From the IMG/VR virus record IMGVR_UViG_3300044695_006206, positions 1 through 57,596 of that record: DNA of 57,596 nucleotides. The stretch is one strand, 5' to 3'. Both the position numbers and the translations under genes were made by a program. Origin of the DNA: a virus. Taxonomy: Duplodnaviria > Caudoviricetes. The notes below the pieces were generated by a model. It worked only from the letters and a program-made list of their open reading frames with translations. It was not told the DNA's origin and did not search any database. The number at the start of each line of letters is the position of its first letter. The stretch's first letter is position 1. Of the stretch, positions 37,501 through 45,022 are shown one piece after another.

Positions 37501-38314
37501 CGAGGTCGTCGAGGATCGCGCGGTCGTGATCCTTGTTGAGAAGCTGCTTCGCCTGCCCGAACGGGGCGAGCCGCACAGCCTGCGACTCCCATCCCATGTT
37601 CTTCGGGGTGCCGCCGACACGCTGCGCGACGAACATGCGCGCCTTGCTGGTGTCGCGCTCGTAGTCGCCGAGAACACCGACGATCTTCACCTTCAGGCCC
37701 GTCTCCTCGTAAGCCTCCTTGATCGCGTTCGCCTGCAAGGACAGGCCGCTCTCGGCCGTGCCCTTCGGGAACGTGTTCATGTATCCCCCAAAGGAGTTCG
37801 TCGGGCGGGTGAGCCAGACGCGACCATCGGGTTCGAGGATTAGGACGCCGGCTGCGGTGCGCTTCGTGGGGTGTTGCTCGAAAGGCACACTCGCATCGAG
37901 GGCGGGGTTCTGGCCCTCGACCTTGGCCCACCCGTCGGTGGAGTTCGGCGCACTCCACGCCTTGAACGGCACTCCGTTCAGCACCTCGGGCGTGGCACCC
38001 CCAGGCGTGAAGGTCGCGGTCTTCTGCGGGTTGCTCCAGGTGTCGGGCGCGCTGGCGGCGGTCGGGTAGTTGATCGTGACCGGCTTGCCGTTGTCGTCCT
38101 TCCTCAGATGCGGCTTCGCGCCCTTGGGCGGCGCGGCAGGCTCCTTCGAGCCGCCAGGGGCAGCACCGCCCCCGCTGGTGCCCTTCGGGGCGAACTGTCC
38201 GCCCTTGGTTGAGCCGGCAGGCCAGCGGCTCCAGTTGGCCTTCAGGAGGGCGAGGCGCGCCCGCGAGACGGAGAGAGACGCCTTGATGGCGGTCGGATTG
38301 GCGGTGTCCGTCAC
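34562..38314 (-). CDS. Polyvalent protein: NUDIX + HipA/PI3K-like kinase + VIP2-like ADP-ribosyltransferase
   Basis: GTG start overlaps the previous stop. NUDIX: AAGVLI...FPKG...KEAYEETGL. Kinase: GGSNPGG.Y...WIVK...NEVLASKL...WLGNYD...N...IDPGG. ART: AIRDYT...LSR...STS...ESEVVLP. Confidence 0.8.
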   Translation of the reverse strand: MTDTANPTAIKASLSVSRARLALLKANWSRWPAGSTKGGQFAPKGTSGGGAAPGGSKEPAAPPKGAKPHLRKDDNGKPVTINYPTAASAPDTWSNPQKTATFTPGGATPEVLNGVPFKAWSAPNSTDGWAKVEGQNPALDASVPFEQHPTKRTAAGVLILEPDGRVWLTRPTNSFGGYMNTFPKGTAESGLSLQANAIKEAYEETGLKVKIVGVLGDYERDTSKARMFVAQRVGGTPKNMGWESQAVRLAPFGQAKQLLNKDHDRAILDDLDAELKILSKAAKPKGGHHSQGQARWDAGSPLGGQWKKMGLDGMTLAPTIAGGLEGKNSGYQKKVNAAFSAAQAGDKQAVLDAAAKLKPAYDKWASGNAKTSHDKWNAQAYQYIQQLDADLGSKTKASASADAINGPVKLSALTKIGAKPGGSNPGGLYTDADGVKWIVKGSNNPPATEQAKNEVLASKLILAAGAGAPEMKLVDLEGQYGGGIGVASRVIDNVIPFGNNAEDLAKVRSDFAVHAWLGNYDVIGLSKENTVIGPDGKAINIDPGGAILYRAQGAPKGEAFGNVANEWNSMRHKVAGLPDNPAAWSVYGGMTSSQLATSAKKLEAIDDATIKSMVKAYGPGNDAQKAALAEKLIARKKDVLEKAAKEAGWAVTNTGVTPPRTPKAPAAATAVAAPTATPASGIKKPVFVETVAGASKGWQALTDKAAEVHAKGDAEGLKGIQFTLVGSNSPNALAVKQYVSALQIDLLAQNKASAQAAIAPTAPAPKPGTSIGANPGMPSKAGYQSDLSKPNISPTTKKDMVAHNAKLDAIEKLAGGGDVKGLLSLGYGSNHYGKKQAAYANDVLAAMGAGQFVTVGQKGGTHPALAAAGSLATAAATASGMAAVAQAKAQAPKPAPQQSKPVFRIPNPPDFANWNGPGKGLSSISAFNKQNDDITRQIFALAKDGKVDALKAMTYQPIDNSGNPVGSPIPIGQHKSKNIVAYFNDALKASTTPYAPMAPVRAGAFGKVGELFSKLGKMFPEAATLLQAAKTMGRYAILGKAPGAPLDNWKPEELSLKNGKLNAQDLYEESYARFKQLSQVEQQAIRDYTGAGHQTMNDPKTGIGTHAKTKVAMDAYNKASVLLKPGTILSRRFYFKSDAAKNMKLLEASPGEILKDFGLISTSMKPEVWNGDIQLRVTVGEGVKGLYVAPNPKSGGDAISVNPGESEVVLPYGTKFLVRSVKKVPFKDQHGTWGGKGEQLFVDIVALPNV

Positions 38315-39177
38315 AGCAGTCCCCGCTGTTTCGCCCGGGGATGGTCCTCGGGCAGAAGGTCGTTGTCCTGCGTGTAAGCCGCGTTCTCCGGGCGTCCGCT
38401 GCGCAGGAGTTTCAGGTAGGCGTTTACCCGAGCCATCGCCCACGCACCACGGGAAACATTCGGACGGTGCGAGGTGCTGTAGGCCCCTGCGCCCCGGCGG
38501 TAGACCGCCTTCAGCGCGCCGAGCGTGGCTCGACGGCCTTCGCCGGTCGCCTTCGCGTTGTGATCGTCAACCTTCTGGCGCAGGGAGTCCTCGATGGCTG
38601 GGCTGATCTCGATGCCGCCCCTCGTGTTCGAGGCGCTGCCCTCGGGGTTCTTGTCCGACCCGAACACTCGGTCTTTCGGCGGGGCCGGCGTCTTGCTCGA
38701 TTCGTCGGCCTTCTTCTCGACCCGCGAGATGACGGACTCGGCCCAGGCCTTGCCCGCGTTGCCACCCCAGAGGAGCCACGCGATGGTGCCTGCGGTGGGG
38801 CCTCCGTCCTTTTCCTTCTCATCGGGACGGTAGTTCTTCTGGTGCCTCGCGAAGAACGCTGCCATCCTTCGAACCGTCGAGAGGCTGATCGCGTCTCCGT
38901 TCTTCAGGTTCACAGCCCTCTGCACACCCGACCCGATGCCCTGTGCTGACGCCTGCTCGTTCGAAAGCCCCCCGCGCTTCCACTTCGCCCGGAGTTCCAG
39001 GCCGCGCGCGGCTGCCGAGCGAACTCCGTCGGGTGGGGCGAAGCTGTCTCCGTCGGCCTTCGCGATCCGCACGTTCAGCGCGGTCGCAGTGGCGGAAAGG
39101 CGCGCGATCCGGTCGCGCATCGCTGCATATTCGTCGGGGTCCACTTGTCTGCCTCGCGAAAGAGAAAGGCCCGCCAA
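38311..39177 (-). CDS. Two-domain phage head-associated protein
   Basis: PP.GV..AA.RGL...TV.RM..FF.RH...IAW.LWGG domain plus LKAVYRRG.GAY..SHRP......WAMARVN...DNDLLP..HP domain; start uncertain. Confidence 0.7.
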   Translation of the reverse strand: MAGLSLSRGRQVDPDEYAAMRDRIARLSATATALNVRIAKADGDSFAPPDGVRSAAARGLELRAKWKRGGLSNEQASAQGIGSGVQRAVNLKNGDAISLSTVRRMAAFFARHQKNYRPDEKEKDGGPTAGTIAWLLWGGNAGKAWAESVISRVEKKADESSKTPAPPKDRVFGSDKNPEGSASNTRGGIEISPAIEDSLRQKVDDHNAKATGEGRRATLGALKAVYRRGAGAYSTSHRPNVSRGAWAMARVNAYLKLLRSGRPENAAYTQDNDLLPEDHPRAKQRGLL

Positions 39178-39526
39178 GTGCGTGACTTGACGGACCTCCA
39201 GGTCTACCGGGAACTCGTGGCTCTGAGCGAGAGCCTTGATCGCATGGCTGCGCGGGCGATGTCCCCCGCGAGCGAGACGGCGCTACGTGCGGCGTCGAAG
39301 CTGGTGCGAAAGCTCGCCAGCGCAGTATTCGAACGCGGCCTTCGTCGCACGCCACGCCCGAATCCAGAGCGGCAGGACGACTGAAGGCCGCGCCCAGAGC
39401 GCACCGACGGCCAGGGCGCTGTAGCCGTGACCCGAAAGCCAGTCGGCGGCCAGCCTCGGGCTGTCGAAGCTGGCGACCACGCCATCCGGCCCGTTGATGC
39501 TGATGCGATAGGGGCCGAACGGCGGG

Positions 39527-39787
39527 TCAGGCATCACGTGGCGGATCGCCACAATCGGCGGGCGGATCATCTGGAGGTTCATAGGCCGGCTGCTTCCTCT
39601 CCTGAGAGCGGTCCCGCTTCGGGAGTGGGGACCACGCGATGTAACCGCGCGTATCACTCCCTACTGTGCCGATAATGGCAATGCCGAAGTCCGTCAGCAG
39701 CAGCACCTTGGTGGAGCCGGGACAGTCCCGCATCGAGTAGTTCCAGCGGGCGACCGGCGCGGTCGCGATCCTCGCGTTCTGGTCCAT
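39527..39787 (-). CDS. Hypothetical phage protein
   Basis: CP...KVLLL...G.A.IG......IAW.PLPK; GGAGG RBS. Confidence 0.5.
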   Translation of the reverse strand: MDQNARIATAPVARWNYSMRDCPGSTKVLLLTDFGIAIIGTVGSDTRGYIAWSPLPKRDRSQERKQPAYEPPDDPPADCGDPPRDA

Positions 39788-40104
39788 CAGCGCCTCCGAA
39801 GGTTGAGCCGGCGGATTCGCATGAGGATGGCGTTGCGCGTCACACCGAGCTTCCGGCCCATGATGGTGTAGCTGTCCCCGGCCTCGAACAGCCGCATGAA
39901 CTCTGCGTCCTTCTCGCCTCGCCACACGGTGATGCGGGACGGATGCGTCTCGCGCCGCTTCGGCTCGAAAAGGCGCAGGAGGCGTCGTGCGGCCTTGAAG
40001 CAGGCGCAGTCTGCCGGGTCGCACACCGCGATCCGGCAGCCCATCTCCGCAGCGATGACGTCCGCCATCTGCCCAGTGGTGGTGGGCACCTTCTCCTTCG
40101 TCAT
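39787..40104 (-). CDS. GcrA-like HTH domain protein
   Basis: W..E.......L...G.SY..MGRKLGVTRNAILMRIRRLNL resembles the GcrA N-terminal domain. Confidence 0.6.
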   Translation of the reverse strand: MTKEKVPTTTGQMADVIAAEMGCRIAVCDPADCACFKAARRLLRLFEPKRRETHPSRITVWRGEKDAEFMRLFEAGDSYTIMGRKLGVTRNAILMRIRRLNLRRR

Positions 40105-40370
40105 TCGCGGTCGGGATAGATGCCGTTGACGCAGATGATCCGGGTCGGTCTGCCCATCTGGAAGCCGTAGTGCTTGCGGCCCTCGGAGTCCACGAGGCGC
40201 TCGTCGGGCAGGGAGAACGTGGTGTGACCGTCCCCGCCGAACCGATTCCCCAGGATCGAGTAAAGGGCCGGGTACTGCTGGACGGGCAGAACCTTTCCGT
40301 CCGCCCAGGCCCAGTCGCGGGGGCAGAAGTTCCCCGCGAAGTCCATCATCTGGCCGATGTAGCCTTCCAT
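40101..40370 (-). CDS. Stand-alone tail-collar domain protein
   Basis: YIGQ...FAGNFCPRDWA.ADG..LP..QY.ALYSILG..FGGDG.TTF.LPD...IIC..GIYP. Confidence 0.85.
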   Translation of the reverse strand: MEGYIGQMMDFAGNFCPRDWAWADGKVLPVQQYPALYSILGNRFGGDGHTTFSLPDERLVDSEGRKHYGFQMGRPTRIICVNGIYPDRE

Positions 40371-40398
40371 CTGAGCTTCCCCTCTGTCTTCTGTTGTC

Positions 40399-41445
40399 TC
40401 AGCCGCCCAGGTCGGACGGCTCCCACTGCCGGATGAAGACGCTGCATCGGCAGTTCGGGTGAACGGGTGGCAGCGCGACTGGCCCCTTCGGCGTGGCGAA
40501 GGGTTCGGCGAACTTCACCCCCTCCTTCGGGTTCATGCCAGGGATGGGGGCGCACGATTCGCACAGCCTCTCATCCCTCGCGACGACCCACTGCCGCCGC
40601 ACCAGGGCCTCGGGCACCTTGCCCGATTCGATGGCCTGTCGCCAAGCGTCCTGGACCCCCATCGCGTTCGTCCGAACGGCCTCGGTGCGGGCGATGGTGC
40701 GGGCGCGGAAGGCCTTGTACTTGCGGGCGTAGGCCCCGACCATCTTGTCGATCTGCGCCTTCGAGAGCGGCTTGCCTGCGGTCATGGCCCGCTTCAGTTG
40801 CCCGTCGAAGCGGAAGTCCCGCAGCCGCCGGGCGTTGATGCCGTCGGTGTTGTCCCCGTCCTCGTCGAGGATAGCGACCTGGGTGTTGTTCACCCGGTTC
40901 ACCTTGTTGCCCAGGCCGAAGCTGCCGGCCGTGGTCTTGAGGTGGAACGTCTCAAGCTCCTTGCGGTAGTTCTGGACCGCCTTCGCCTGTCGCTCGGTGA
41001 GGCCCACGATCTGCTTGATCTGCCGGGCCGTCTCCTTCGGGTTGTCGCCGGCCGTGATGCCTGAGACTAGGACGCTGCGGATGGCCTCGCGGCTGCTGTC
41101 GTTGATCTCGCGGATGAGGCCCAGGCTGTAGGTCTGGAGCCACGTGATGAGACGCGGGTTCAGGCGGTCGAAGGCGAACTGGACGCCCGCGATCCGGGCG
41201 ATGTTCCCGGCCGTCAGCGCGCCGGCCGCGTAGACCCCGTTCTGGACCGCAGGGGCCACGCCCGCGAAGGCGGCCTGGGCGGTGTCGAGCGAGAGCAGCG
41301 CCAGCACCTTGCCGATGTCCCGAGCTTCGAGCGCCTCGATGAGTGCCTGGAGTGGCACCGCGTCACCCATCGCCTCCAGGCCCGCCTGGATCGTCGAGGC
41401 AAGCTTCGGCTCCAGGCCCGCGACCAGGGCCTCGATGGCGGCCAT
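40399..41445 (-). CDS. MuF/SPP1 gp7-like minor head protein
   Basis: RARTIARTE...W....DER.C..C...PP.HPNCRC; start could be ~30 codons further upstream. Confidence 0.85.
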   Translation of the reverse strand: MAAIEALVAGLEPKLASTIQAGLEAMGDAVPLQALIEALEARDIGKVLALLSLDTAQAAFAGVAPAVQNGVYAAGALTAGNIARIAGVQFAFDRLNPRLITWLQTYSLGLIREINDSSREAIRSVLVSGITAGDNPKETARQIKQIVGLTERQAKAVQNYRKELETFHLKTTAGSFGLGNKVNRVNNTQVAILDEDGDNTDGINARRLRDFRFDGQLKRAMTAGKPLSKAQIDKMVGAYARKYKAFRARTIARTEAVRTNAMGVQDAWRQAIESGKVPEALVRRQWVVARDERLCESCAPIPGMNPKEGVKFAEPFATPKGPVALPPVHPNCRCSVFIRQWEPSDLGG

Positions 41446-41618
41446 CTGCCCTCGGTCCTTGCGCACCGGCTCGGGCAGCCCCTCCGGAGCGATAAGCCTC
41501 TCCCTGCGTGCCGTCGGAGAAGCGAAGAACGTCATCACCATGATATTTAGCCCTTGCATCTGCTGGCGCGTCTTGGCATGAACGTCAGCGTGATGACAAC
41601 ACGGGAAGGAGAGACCCG

Positions 41619-42737
41619 ATGAACACCACCAACCGCGCCCCCACCTACTTCGAGGAGGAATACATGCTGGCCCGCTTCGAGGCGGCGATGTGCCGCGCGA
41701 TGGGCCACACCGCCGAGATGCGCGACGCAATACGCCGGGCCTGGAAGTGGCGCCGGGCGGTTCGCCTCTCCAGCGGGGAGGCGTGAAGCTCATGATCGAC
41801 AGGATCAAGGCCGAAGCCGAGCGGAAGATGGCGATTGTCGATGCGCTGAAGCCCCAGGACCGGGCGGTGGTGCATGAGATCGGCCTGCACGCCTTCTCGC
41901 GCCACCCGATGCACCGCACGGCCTACCGCGCAGCGAAGAAGCGGGCGGGCATCAAGACCCCCTGCCGCGCCACGCAGGACAAGCGGGCGACGGCTCTCCT
42001 GGCGACGGCCGGATGACCTTGGCCCTTGCCTCTTACAGCACGACGGACAGGCGCCGCTTCACCTTCACGGTGAGCGGCAGCCTCCAAGCGGGCTTGATCT
42101 ACGTGACGCTGGTCCGCCGCCGCCGAGAGGACGAGGAGAAGTTCGAGCTTCGGGCCAGGGAGGTCGCAGCCAAGCGCAGCGGCGATCCTCGCCCCGTCCT
42201 GCATGAGGTGGAGCGATGGCTCCTCCCGCAAGGACGCTCAGTCCCCCGGCCCGGCGGGGCGTGATCCCGGGTGCAGCAGAGGAGAGACTGACATGGATGA
42301 GCAGCCCATCACGCAGAAGGCCGCACGCGAGATGCGCGCGGCGCTCCAGGCCATCGAGAAGTTCCCCCGCAGCGCGGAGAACTGCGACTTCACCTTCAGC
42401 GAGGCCGTCGCCGAGATGAGCGCGATGGCCCGCGATGCGCTCGTCAAGACGGGAGGCTGACATGGCGGTTGACTACGAGTGGTGGGCGGAGGAGTGCGAC
42501 CGCGACCTCGATGCGGTGGCGCTGCACTTCTTCGAGACGCGCGCGGAGGCAGAGGCTCACCGGGCAGTCGCGGAGGGCTGCGTCGAGGTGAAGATCAGCC
42601 TCGTGCGAGATGTGTTCCGAGACGGCGACCTTGTGGACAGGCAGTGGGCCTATCTGAAGGGCGGCCGGCTGCCCACCGAGTTCAGCGGCGGCGCGAGGGT
42701 GCCAGCGCGGTTCCTCGCGGGGGAGGTTGGCCGGTGA
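41619..42737 (+). other. Counter-oriented island of small hypothetical genes (41619-41786, 41783-42016, 42013-42264, 42293-42460, 42462-42737)
   Basis: Chain of short ORFs with GGAG(AGA) RBSs and start/stop overlaps. Confidence 0.6.
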
Positions 42738-42958
42738 CGCCCCCCAAGGTGATGCGGAAGCTGCTGCGGCAGTACGAGGCGGCGGGCTTCACGGTCCGCC
42801 ACATCATCCCGCGCAAGGGATCGCACTGGAAGGTCTGGTTCAACGAGTTCCCTGACCCGGTGTTCATGACCTTCCATGTGGACGACACGCGCGCCCTTGC
42901 GAATAACCTCGCACAACTCCGAAGGCTCGCGAGGGCAGCGTCAAGCGCGGCAGGCTGA
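42734..42958 (+). CDS. HicA-like (dsRBD-fold) small protein
   Basis: RKLLRQYEAAGF......RKGSHWKV...PV......DTRALAN....LRR; GSH motif. Confidence 0.55.
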   Translation: MTPPKVMRKLLRQYEAAGFTVRHIIPRKGSHWKVWFNEFPDPVFMTFHVDDTRALANNLAQLRRLARAASSAAG

Positions 42959-42984
42959 TCGTCCTGCCGGCTTGCGGGTGGCCT

Positions 42985-43479
42985 TCACGAGGGCGGCTGC
43001 GCAGGGCGCGTAGTCCGAGCCTCCAGCAGCACCACCCGACGCTCGATTTCAGAGATTGCGCGCGTCAGGTCGGCACGGATTGCCGCCCTGGCAGCGGCGG
43101 CGTCAGCGGCCATCTCAAGTCGGCCGCGCTCGATACCCGCCATGCTCCGCTCCCGGTCGAGCGTCATGTTCCCGCGAGCAATCGCAGCGTCCCTCTCGAC
43201 CTGTTCGATCCGATTAGCCAGTTGCTCGCGAATCTGGGCCATGTCGATGGTCGTGCCCTGCGGCGGAATGGCCCGGTTGTCCTGCGTCACAACCACAGCG
43301 ATGCGGGACTTCAGGATGGTGATCTCATTGTTGGCCGATGACAGGGAGGTCATCAGATAGACCACGCAACTGAACAGGATCGGGATGGCGGCGAAGACGA
43401 CCTTCTCGATCAGCGCCCCCTTGGAGGCGTTGGCCGCCATCTGCTCCGACATCTGAGCCTGCTTGGCTGAATCAGACAC
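42985..43479 (-). CDS. Membrane-anchored coiled-coil protein
   Basis: N-terminal hydrophobic segment VVFAAIPILFSCVVYLM followed by a coiled coil. Confidence 0.6.
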   Translation of the reverse strand: MSDSAKQAQMSEQMAANASKGALIEKVVFAAIPILFSCVVYLMTSLSSANNEITILKSRIAVVVTQDNRAIPPQGTTIDMAQIREQLANRIEQVERDAAIARGNMTLDRERSMAGIERGRLEMAADAAAARAAIRADLTRAISEIERRVVLLEARTTRPAQPPS

Positions 43480-43492
43480 AGTGATTCTCCTG

Positions 43493-43684
43493 CTACTGCT
43501 TCAAGAGCATGGTTAGCATGGTGAACCCCAAGCCTGCACCTCCCGTGATCATGGTCCCTGCGGCCCACATGAGAATCTTCTCGATCCTCTTGAGCCGCGC
43601 GTTGATCGACTCGTATCGCTCTGCGCAGACGGCCTCGTGTGTCATCAGCCGCGCCTTGAAGTCACCATCGTTCGCCGGGGCCAT
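43493..43684 (-). CDS. Small membrane protein (XhlA-like)
   Basis: HEAVCAERY..I..RL.RIE followed by a C-terminal TM helix. Confidence 0.65.
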   Translation of the reverse strand: MAPANDGDFKARLMTHEAVCAERYESINARLKRIEKILMWAAGTMITGGAGLGFTMLTMLLKQ

Positions 43685-43687
43685 ACC

Positions 43688-45022
43688 TCACATACCTTCC
43701 TCTTCGTCGGACGGCATCGGCATGCCGTCGGTTGTGTCGATGCCCGAATCCTCCTCAGCGGCCAGGGGAAGCCCGGCCACCGAGCGAAGGTGGTTTTCGA
43801 GGTCGCGGTCAGGGAACAGCGGCGCGCCGGCAGCGGTGAGCGACTGCACGTAGGCCCCAAGCTCCCCGATGTTCGGCTTCTCCAGGTCGCCGGGGACGAT
43901 GGAGGGCATGAACCTGAAGTCGAAGCCGTTCAGGAACCACAGGCGCGGGAGAAGCTGGCGGTTCAGGACGTCGGCGATGGCCTTCGTGTAGCTCCCGAGC
44001 GCGGTGGCGAACAACGCGGTCTTGTCCGAGGACAGGGCGAACGAGCCGACTGCCTGCTGCCCCAGGAAGATGAAGTCGGCCAGGACGGAGGTGGCGATGC
44101 GGCGGTCCCACCTGTCGATGACCTTCGAGGTGTCGAACTGGCGCGAGCCGCCTGTCGAGAGCAGCTTCAGGTCGAACAGCGGGTTGCCGTTCTTGTCGCG
44201 GTCGGAGGGGATGATGATGCCCTCCTGCTGATCTCGGCGGATGCGAGTGACGAGACGCTTCCACCCCGCGAGCGTTTGCTTCTGGGAGGCGTCCGCCGAC
44301 ACGTCGAAGTACTCGCCGGGGATGAACCCCACCGGCAGGCCGGCGAGGTCGCGCTCGATACCGATGCCCTCGATCTCCTCGATGCGCTTCTTGAAGTACC
44401 ACGCCCGGTAGGCGTTGCGCAGGATCGAGCGGCCCTCGGGGTTGTTGCGCTCGTCCGTCGTGCGGAAGAACAGCATCTTCTCGGCGGGGATGGTGACCAT
44501 GCCGCCGTTCTGGGGCTGCTGCACCATGCCCAGGGTGCGGCCGTCCTCCTCGTCGATCTCCCACCGGACCAGCGAGGTCTGGGAGCGCAGGGAGATGGCG
44601 CGCAGGCCGATGCGGTTGTCGTTGTAGGCGGACTGGCGCGTCGGGTCGTTCGTCTGCATGCCGCCGCGCCGCTTCCAGATGATCTCCATCGGCGCGTAGC
44701 CGTAGGTGAACATCGTGCAGGCCTCGCCGATCACCGACGAGAAGGGGGCGGTCATGTCATTGATCACCTCCTCGACGAAGGACTTCCCCGCCTCACCGTC
44801 GGGCGTTTCGTCCACCGCCTGGACCCGCCACTCGCACTGGCGAAGGAGCGATGTGATGGCGAACAGCACGGCCCCGATGGTCGGGTCGTTGTCGGCCATC
44901 TCGCGGAAGGCCTTCGCCCCCCGCTCACCCCGGAGTTCGCGCAGGAACTCCTCATAGACGTAGCCCCCGGTCTGCTTGAGGCCGGTGTCGCCGATGACAT
45001 TCGGGTCGAACTTAATACCCAT
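43688..45022 (-). CDS. Portal protein (DUF935-like)
   Basis: IG.TGL....G...EEFL.ELRG...NPEGRSILRNAYR.W.FK......EGIG.ERDLAG.P; follows the terminase. Confidence 0.88.
   Translation of the reverse strand: MGIKFDPNVIGDTGLKQTGGYVYEEFLRELRGERGAKAFREMADNDPTIGAVLFAITSLLRQCEWRVQAVDETPDGEAGKSFVEEVINDMTAPFSSVIGEACTMFTYGYAPMEIIWKRRGGMQTNDPTRQSAYNDNRIGLRAISLRSQTSLVRWEIDEEDGRTLGMVQQPQNGGMVTIPAEKMLFFRTTDERNNPEGRSILRNAYRAWYFKKRIEEIEGIGIERDLAGLPVGFIPGEYFDVSADASQKQTLAGWKRLVTRIRRDQQEGIIIPSDRDKNGNPLFDLKLLSTGGSRQFDTSKVIDRWDRRIATSVLADFIFLGQQAVGSFALSSDKTALFATALGSYTKAIADVLNRQLLPRLWFLNGFDFRFMPSIVPGDLEKPNIGELGAYVQSLTAAGAPLFPDRDLENHLRSVAGLPLAAEEDSGIDTTDGMPMPSDEEEGM

Noticed and set aside
38315-38443. N-terminal 43 aa of track ORF 34562..38443
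   Set aside because: It overlaps the upstream gene; GTG at 38314 with a GTGA overlap is the more plausible start.
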